From Lama guanicoe (taxonomy: Eukaryota): a stretch of 64,000 nt of DNA. Numbering within the stretch: position 1 is the stretch's first letter; each line of letters starts with the position of its first letter. The stretch spans positions 248,001-312,000 of the forward strand of contig MU053334.1 of assembly GCA_013239625.1 (NCBI GenBank), written 5' to 3'. Shown here piece after piece: positions 56,336-64,000 of this stretch. Under the pieces are notes generated by a model. The model was not told the DNA's origin and ran no database searches. It was given only the letters and a program-made list of their open reading frames with translations. A program made the translations under genes and the position numbers.

Positions 56336-57637
56336 AAAAATGACTATAAAATCTGCCAGGCTTATAAATGGAATAATAGAGTTTATAAAATTGAAGAACT
56401 TAGCACATTAAAAAAATTAGATTTTGAATTTATAACTTCAATAAATTGAATCCTAATTGTTTAAATTTAATGTAAATCTGAGTGTAAACCCCTTGTTCAG
56501 GCTCTAAACCCACCCCTCAGCCCCGCTCCAGGCCCTCTTCCTGGAGAAGCCACCTGCCCTGCCAGGTCCAGGCTTTGAACTGTGAGCCTAGGTCAAGCCC
56601 ACCCTTGCCCCTTTCTCCTCCTGGCCCCCCACCTGTCTGCAGTGGGCACTAGAGGACGCACAAGGGCAGATCCAGGCCCTGCGGAGCAAGAGGGCCTTCA
56701 GAGACATGCCCTCCTGCTGTTCCTGAACCCTTTCCCCCATGTCCTGTGGACACCCACAGGGCTGGAGTGCCCCACTTCAGGGGCCCCTGTCTGAGGCTGC
56801 CTCTCCAGGACAGCTTTGAGGGCCTCCCTGAGTTACTATAGGGAGTCCATTATGTGGCTGACACCCCAAGAGCACTTCCATCTGGTTGCTGGAGGTGCCT
56901 GGTGGTTGTGGGGCTTCTGGAGGCCAGGCTTGTACCTTCCCTGGGGTAGGGTGGGGGTGGGGCCCCTGTCCTTGCAGTCAGCCGTGAGCCTCTTTTCATT
57001 TGCCGAGTCAGCACAAGGTAAGGCCTTTCCTGGCAGAGGCCACCCCTGACTTGTCCTATTTTAATGGGGAGGCCTTGGCTGGGGGTCACCCCAAGGCCAG
57101 GGCCCAAACACTATCACCAATCACGTCTTGTCACTCCTGGGCTTGCAAACGTTCAGGAAGAGGAATGTAGATCAGGATTTCCTGCTGCCTAGCCCTCCGC
57201 CTGGTTGTGGATGGGGACATCCTCCCAGTGTGCTGGGAGGAGCAAAGTCCAGAGCAAGAAGGGAGAGGGAGCAGGCATGTCACGTGCAGCAGAAGCTTTG
57301 AGACATGGCTCCAGAGCCAGCGCAGCAGATCTGTCTGTGTTCCACACATGTGGGGGTCCCATGAGCCCGTCTGGCCTGGGCCAGGCTGACTGCTGTGACC
57401 GGGGCGTCACATGCTTTTTGGCACATCACTGTCCAGGCAGTGGCAGGGCAGTCGCTGAGCGCCAAGGTGGGCTTTGGTGACGGGCAGGTGGCCCTGCACA
57501 GGGTGTTGCGTTCTGTGGTATCAGTCATGGGTTTTGTGTTTCTCACTATCCCACAACCAACTTTAAAATACTCTGTAACCAAGGAGGGGTGGGGTGTGTG
57601 TCACTGAAGCCAAATGAAACGGCATTTCTTGGTGGCT

Positions 57638-58088
57638 GCGGTGGGGTGAGTTGAGTGGCGGACTCCAGAAGGTTATCCATGTCTCAACGTCCAGCACCTG
57701 TGAACTTATTTGGAAACAGAGTCTCTGCAGATGTGATTAAGGATCTCAGGAGGAGGTCATCCTGGATTTAGGGTGAGACCTCAACCCAGTTTCTGGGATC
57801 CTTGCAAGAGGAGAGAGGAAGGTTTGAGACACAGACACAGGGGAGGAGGCCACAGGATGAGGGAGGCAGAGATAGGGGTCACACGGCCCCCAGCCAAGGC
57901 TGCTGGCAGCTACCAGAAACCAGAAGAGGCGGGGAATGGAGTCAGCTAAAAACCTCCAGGGCGAACCACCCCTGCACACACCTTGACCTTGGACTTCTGG
58001 CCTCTACAATCGTGGAGAATCCATTTCTGCTCTTCCTAAAGCATCAGTTTGTGGTTATCTGTCATAGCAGCCCCACGAGACAACCACA
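57638..58088 (+). mobile_element. MaLR LTR, MLT1C-like
   Basis: Segments acctgtgaacttatttggaaacagagtctctgcagatgtgattaagga, cagccaagg..ctggcagctaccagaa, accttgaccttggacttctggcctc and tttgtggttatctgtcatagcagcc are typical of MLT1. Confidence 0.8.
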
Positions 58089-58876
58089 GCGGTGCCCGAG
58101 GCCTGAGATGGCATGCTCACTTCTGTTTTCCTTCCTAAAGCTGCTCTTCTCAGGCCAGTCTTCCATCAGCTCATCCTGGCTGGGCCTTTAGAGCAAGGAG
58201 CTGCAGTGGGTGAGTGTCGGCCTGAGTTGGACGCCCTTGCCACAAAATATGCCAGAACAGGAAGCCGTTTGGGGATGGACGGCTGGCTGGCTATCGGTGT
58301 GGCTGGTCTGGCCTTTAAAGTCAAGGGGTGTATTTTCAACAGGTACCTTAGGGAGACTGGAGGCCATGGGTCCCTACTCTGGGGGTGAACAGGGTGACTG
58401 ATCTGGCAGCATCCTGGCGGGGCAGGATTTTCATGGCCACCTCCTTCACCCCTCCCCTGGTTGCATTGCCCCTGCAACCGTTTACTGATGATTGACAGTG
58501 CTTGTGTGGTCCCTTCAAGCCCAAGGGGAATAGCTGTGAAACGGTCTCGATGACAAGCCACAGGGCAGGATGAGGGGGACATCCTGATACGGCCCAGGGC
58601 CTCAGGCCCCCAGAACCCCAGGAGCCCCAGTGACACAGCACCCTCGGGCATGGGAACAGGTATTCATGAGCGTCTGGGTTTGGCTGGGTGTAGCAGGGCC
58701 CCCACCACAGGCATAAACACGGCAGCTGGAGGGCTAGCGTGGTGGAGGGGGTGGCTCTCACCCCTACAGCCCCAAGCAGAGCTCCAGCTACAAAACCGTG
58801 TTCCCAGTCGGCATGAGGAAAAGACTGCGGTGCAGGGACTCAAAGTCATGTGCCCAAATGTGCTCACATCACTGTC

Positions 58877-59230
58877 TGTTCTGGGTTGAACTATGTACCC
58901 TGAAAGTTCACATGTTGAAGTCCTCAGCCCCAGTGCCTCAGAATGGGACCCTCATATGGGTCCTTGAGGTGTAATTAACTAGGATGACTTCACACTGGGG
59001 TGAGGCGGGCCTCCAATCCAAGACAGCTAGTGCCTTGGTAAAAGGGGGGCATTTGAACTGGGAGCGAGACACGCAGAGAGGGAATACGGCGTGAAGAGAC
59101 ACGGGGTGAAGACGGCCATCTATAAGCTGAGGACAGAGGTCTGGGCTAGATCCTGTCACAGTCTCAGAAGGACCAGTGCTGCTGACACCTTGATCAAAGA
59201 CTTTCAGAACTGGAATAAACCTCTGAATTC
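58877..59230 (+). mobile_element. MaLR LTR, MLT1B-like
   Basis: Segments tgttctgggttgaactatgtaccc..catgttgaagtcctcagccccagtgcctcagaatg, gaagacggccatctataagc and gctgacaccttgatc. Confidence 0.8.
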
Positions 59231-61179
59231 CTTTCCCTACGTTATATACAGGAGTTTATGGCCTCTCAACCCTGTTTTAACACGGGCCACCGAGTCCAGC
59301 CTCCAGGTGGTCAGCTGGCCAGGCAGACTCAGCTGAGCCAGATCACTGGGTGCCCCACAGGCCAGGTCTGCTAGCCATGCCTGCTCTCTGAATCCATCCC
59401 ATACACACTCTGCAGAGTTCTGCCGACACAGACTCAGCCTCCTGCAGTTCTCCTGGTAGCGAAGCCTTCTGCATCTGGCTGTGACTTTTGCCTTGGGACC
59501 TGCTTCTCCCAGGTCTCAGGATGGGGCCTGGCCGGGGGGCTTTGAGGGGAACTGACTTCTCTCTTACAAAGTAACTCTTTCAGGGGATGTCATTACAGGG
59601 TCTTCCAGTGTGGGGACAACTTTGTCCAATGAGGGGAAAGGGGCCATGGAGAGCAGTGGGGGCGCTTGGAAAGTAGAATTGGGGTCCCCTCGGCTGCCCC
59701 ATCCCTCGGCTCCCCTTCTTTGGGCCGCACCAGTGCTCCAGCTGTCCCTGAACGCAGCTGGGGAGGCCACAGACTCACCTTCTGTGTCTCTTTTGAAACA
59801 ATCCGTATCCAGCTGTGTACAGTTTTGGACTCAGTTTTAGGGCAGTGAGAGTGAGAGCTGGTCACAGGCGGGTCCTGCTGCCCTAACGTCCACGAGCAGC
59901 TCGGGGCTTGAGCTCATCGCTGATCTTCTACAGGTGGTCAAGCTTCCTTGGATCCCCCCACCCACCACAGACTTCTCCAGTTCCTCGTGCTCTGTACACT
60001 TCCCATGCCAGGGGATGGGTTCAGTCCCCAGAGCCTGGCCAAGCACGTTATTCCTGCAGAGTACAGGTAGCCACTGGGGGCCAAGGACTGCTCGGCTGAA
60101 CACGCTTGGCTGCTTGGTTCCTCTAGCTATGCTTGGACCAGGCTGTTAACCCCGATTTTCTGGAAGGGTTGTTGTCTGCAACTCCAGAGATTAGGGAAGG
60201 GAACTGGGTCACTCACGAAGTGGAAAGGCCCAGGTAGGAGCCAAGACACCGCCTGTTAGCACTGCAGGCCCGCGGCACCGTGGCTGTGCCATCAACCCTG
60301 GGCTCCCTTCAGAATGCAAGGGTGGGGGCCCTGCCCTCCCACTGGCCACGGAAGGAAGAGAGGCCGGGAACAGTGCTGTGACCACCGATGGCCAGAACGG
60401 GACACATGTCCAGTTCACGCAACCCAAGAAAGCCCTGCACATGGCAAAGTGGCCGGTCGCTTGCTGAGGAATGATTGTGTTCAGGGAGGGCTGTATCGAC
60501 TCAGGCCAGAAGCCTGGTGACTAAGTGATCCGAAGGGCCTGTGAAGGCACCGCAGAAGGCCAGGGTCTTTCGCACAGCCACCTGTGTGTCTCATCAGGCT
60601 CTGGGACTGCCCCCAACACACACCTGCGGGAATCTGAGGACGCTTGGGAAGCCCAGAGTCAGCACTGAGAGGAGGTGGGATGCCTGCGCATCTCCAAGTC
60701 CCTCCTCCGAGAAGCCCCTCCTAATCTCACCCAGCCGGGTCTGGGCCAGTTCCAGGTACAGGGCCAGGTAACCTCAGATGAGGAAGGGTCCTCTTTAGAG
60801 CCATCCCTCTTCATAAAGGAGAGTCCAGTAGGGCCACCAGCTCTCCAAACTCCCCGGTGGTCTGTGCCCACCAAGGCCCCAGGCTGCGGAATCGGGTGGT
60901 GGCAACGGTGGTCATTGAGGAGTCGATTCAAGATTGGGCCCTGGTCAGCTGGTGCTGTCGGGGTGGGGGTGCGCAGTTTTCGGGCCTCAGTCTCCTCCTT
61001 CCTGAAGGAAGGAACTGGCTCTGGACAGCCTTGGCGATGCGCAGCAGGCCCTCGGAGCTCCGGGTAGAGACTGGTCCCCCAAGGCCGGCAGCAAGCTGCC
61101 TCAGGGCCCGGGCTGGGCAGGGCGGTGGGGGTCTCCGGTGCGGGCAAGGGTGGTGAGGGGTCTCGGGTGGTAGGTGGGG

Positions 61180-61487
61180 TCAGCGGTGTGGGTGTGGGTC
61201 AGCCTGGGGCGCCGTCACGCGCTGGAGGACCAGGGGACGCAAACCCGCAGCTTTTGCGCGCCCGCCGCCGCCGTGCTCGTCCCCGCGCCCCGCGAGCGAG
61301 CGGAGCGTGCGCGTGCGTGCTGCTGCGAGCGTGCGTGCGTGCGCGCACGCGGAGGCGGCGGCCCCGAAGCGGCGCTGGAGCCTGAGGCGGCTGGGCTGAG
61401 GCGGCTCCTCCCCGCTCCCGCTGCCCGCTGCCCGCTGCCCGCTCCTCCCCTGGGCCCGCCAGCCCAGGCCGCTCCCCGGGCCCGAAG
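61180..61487 (+). promoter_or_regulatory. AP2A2 CpG-island promoter / 5' UTR
   Basis: CpG-dense. (GCGT)n and GCGCGCACGC NRF1-like tracts at about 61305-61350, directly upstream of the AP2A2 ATG. Confidence 0.65.
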
Positions 61488-61504
61488 ATGCCGGCCGTGT
61501 CGAA
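61488..61504 (+). CDS. AP2A2: AP-2 complex subunit alpha-2, start of first coding exon (truncated by gap; the rest of the gene lies beyond the window)
   Basis: aagATG CCG GCC GTG TCG AA = MPAVS(K), the alpha-adaptin N-terminus, in a CpG island at the syntenic position next to CHID1. A 49-N gap (61512-61560) hides the rest of the exon. Confidence 0.75.
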
Positions 61505-61560
61505 TGTCGAANNNNNNNNNNNNNNNNNNNNNNNNNNNNNNNNNNNNNNNNNNNNNNNNN

Positions 61561-61958
61561 CTGGGGTCCCGGGCGCGGACCTGGCGGGCGGGGGCCCGGC
61601 GGCGCGGGGCTGGGGTCCCCGGCGCTGACCTGGCGGGCAGGGGCCCCCGGCGCTGACCTGGCGGGCAGGGGCCCGGCGGCGCGGGACTGGGGTCCCGGGC
61701 GCGGACCTGGCGGGCGGGGGCCCGGCGGCGCGGGGCTGGGGTCCCCGGCGCTGACCTGGCGGGCAGGGGCCCGGCGGCGCGGGACTGGGGTCCCGGGCGC
61801 GGACCTGGCGGGCAGGGGTCCGGGAGCGCGGGGCTGGGGTCCCGGGCGCGAATCTGACGCGCTGGGGTGCTGGAGCGCGGGGCTGGAGTCCCGGACGCGG
61901 ACTTAGCGGGCAGGGGTGTTCGGGATTGGGGTCCCGGGCACGGACCTGGCGGGTGGGC
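61561..61958. repeat. GC-rich minisatellite, about 48-bp unit, about 8 copies
   Basis: Unit ctggggtcccgggcgcggacctggcgggcgggggcccggcggcgcgggg and its variants repeat in tandem, degenerating toward the 3' end. Confidence 0.9.
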
Positions 61959-63084
61959 GAGAGGCCACTGGGGAGCCAGCTGAGGTCCTGGCAGTGTGGA
62001 CAGGGGCCCGGGGTGTGGGGTGTGCGAGGCGCATCCTCCACCTGCGTGGGGGCTGTGGCATCGCTGAGGGGTGTCTGGCGAAGACGCCCCTCCCCAACAT
62101 GATGTCATCTTGAGCAGTCTGCCCGTCTTTCTAGTAATGGTGCATTTAACCCAGCATTTTCCAAAATAGCGTGGATTTTCACTGGGAGTGGAAATAGCAG
62201 CACCCGTGTCTTGCTGTGAAAGCAGCTCTGACCCGGGTTCTGGCGGGTTATTAGGCCCTGGTTAAAATGACTCCTTCCTCAGGGAATCTGGACAGGCAGT
62301 GGGGTGTGGGTGGGATGGCTGTGGGGGAGCTGCTCTACCTGCTGTCTGATCAGGGACAGCGTTCTTAGGGACACATGTCCTCTCAGAGTGGAAAAATCCA
62401 CACCAAAAGGTGAAACGGGCTGGGAGGCCAGTGGGTGCATGGGTCCACCAGTAGATTTGGCTTTGGTGTGCAGAAACTCCCGTTGGTTGTCAAGGAACGT
62501 TCTCTTTATTTAGTTACAAAAAATAAACACAAAGCTGGTTTGTTGGTCGATTTCATTTTTTGTTATCCACCAGGTATTTGACTGGGGGTTTGCTGCGTGT
62601 TTTGGAAGGATGATTGTAACTTCACCTCCTGGTAAATGCTACTTGTGCTGAACCCTCCCGTGACCTCCTCAGCTCCTCACACGGCTGTGGAGGACCCAGA
62701 CTGTGGAAGGGAGCTTGGGTCCCTTCCCTTCCTCAGCAAGAAATTGGTGTGGAAGCACTGCCTGAGGTCTGTGCTTCTGCAAGTAGGGCAGTAGCCTCGT
62801 TTTTCTCTTCCTTTGCTGTGTAATGTAATTTCCAAGACAGTAACCTTCATGATTATAACGCATCTTGTAGAGATGAGTGTGTGTGTGTGCTGCCAATTCA
62901 GGGCACCCCTGGGCTGAGGCTTAGCAGCCTTACACTAGCTGTGACGTCTGTCCTTCCGTTTTGGTAGCTCACTGAGATTGAAATCCATTTTCTCTGACGA
63001 CTGGTCACCTGCGTGCTGGACGCGTGTTCTGTGCTGGGTCTGCCACATAGCTAGGCCCTGGCTTGTTGACTGACTGTGCAGACA

Positions 63085-63278
63085 GGCTTTCTCCACCCCT
63101 GCACTGTGACATTAGGCGCCAGTCACATGTTGTGTGGAGCTGTCCTGTGCTTCTTAGCTTCCCTGGCCTCCCTCTGGCTTCTGAATGCTTCAGCTGTGAC
63201 AACCAAAAATGTTTCCAGCCGCTGCCCTGCAGGGCAAAGTTACCTCCCCCTCCCCCTTTGAGAGCTACTGGTGTAGAT
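63085..63278 (+). mobile_element. MER20-like hAT DNA transposon remnant
   Basis: cactgtgacatt..ctgtcctgtgc..ccctggcctc..gtgacaaccaaaaatgtttccag..gggcaaa..ttgagagctactgg matches MER20 blocks as recalled. Confidence 0.7.
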
Positions 63279-64000
63279 CAGTGAATGAGACAATTTCTTC
63301 CCTGAAGGAAAATTTGCCTAATCCTTGGGGCGGGGGGGGGCATTGCAGGGGGGACGGGGAGAGGGCACGTCAATATTTAGCATGGCCCCTTCTCAGAAAC
63401 AGCTTTCCCACCTTGCCGTCCTGTGAGCCCCTTCCTTCAGAGCTGGGTCGGCAGTTTGTGCGCCGGGAGCTGTCCGCGGTGGGGGCCACGCCTGCCGTGT
63501 CACCCCTCCCCTGCTAGAGACCTCACCTGGAGAGGCTGCTGGGGCCGCCTGCTACAGGGCCTTGGTGTGTGCGGGGCGGCGGGCGCCACCGTCACATTCT
63601 TACCCTGCTGTGGGCTGGTGGCTGGATGTGAGCTTGGAAGGCAAACCCAGGTCAGAGCTGGTCTGAGCTTGACCCCTGGCGGCAGGGAGGGGCCCTTGCT
63701 TCCCCAACCCCTGCCCGCCTCTGATTTTGTGTGCTGGCTGTGCTCCTGTTGTGATGGTGGTCAATGTAGCTGGACTGTGTGGGGAGAGGGCACCAAGCTG
63801 GCCGCAGGGGCTCGGACCCTCTGCCTCTCACCGGCCCCGTGACCGACTGGAAACCACGGCCCCAAGCCTCAGTCTTGTCACCTGACAGAGGGGTGGGCTT
63901 TGAGCTGACGTGTCACTGGAGTCTGGTCGGCCCCATGCCTTTCCGCGCTGCAGTCCCTGCAGCCCCCTCCGTGCCTGAGCTCTGCTGCTCTCTGCCCTTC

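Noticed and set aside
61499-61511. Apparent AP2A2 frameshift or divergent sequence after MPAVS (tgtcgaa tgtcgaa)
   Set aside because: A 7-bp duplication right at a contig edge next to an N gap, most likely an assembly artefact and not pseudogenisation.
61561-61958. CRISPR-like array
   Set aside because: The units are contiguous with no unique spacers and the context is eukaryotic. It is a minisatellite.

Overview
Very GC-rich mammalian genomic DNA, syntenic to the human 11p15.5 block. A tRNA-Ala-derived SINE suggests a camelid, but that is inference. Hand-splicing at GT..AG boundaries gives intact CDSs for CRACR2B/EFCAB4A (+, 9 coding exons, 399 aa), CD151 (+, 7 exons, 253 aa), POLR2L (-, 2 exons, 67 aa), TSPAN4 (+, 7 exons, 238 aa) and CHID1 (-, 12 exons, 393 aa). 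The first codons of AP2A2 (+) are also present but cut by an assembly gap. The window also holds several CpG-island promoters, three MaLR (MLT1) LTRs, L1 fragments, a MER20-like element, a young SINE with target-site duplication, a GC-rich minisatellite and four N gaps. Three observations stand out. (1) A 73-codon, strongly codon-biased in-frame extension upstream of the TSPAN4 ATG sits behind an internal CpG-island promoter and overlaps the splice acceptor. (2) A 20-bp tandem duplication copies the CHID1 exon-1 uATG plus donor, so donor choice would switch a 12-aa uORF into an in-frame 23-aa N-terminal extension. (3) Old repeats and some conserved codons show signs of AT-to-GC-biased evolution. 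Nearly all other ORFs in the six-frame track are GC-content noise. Orthologue and repeat-consensus comparisons are from memory, not from a database search.
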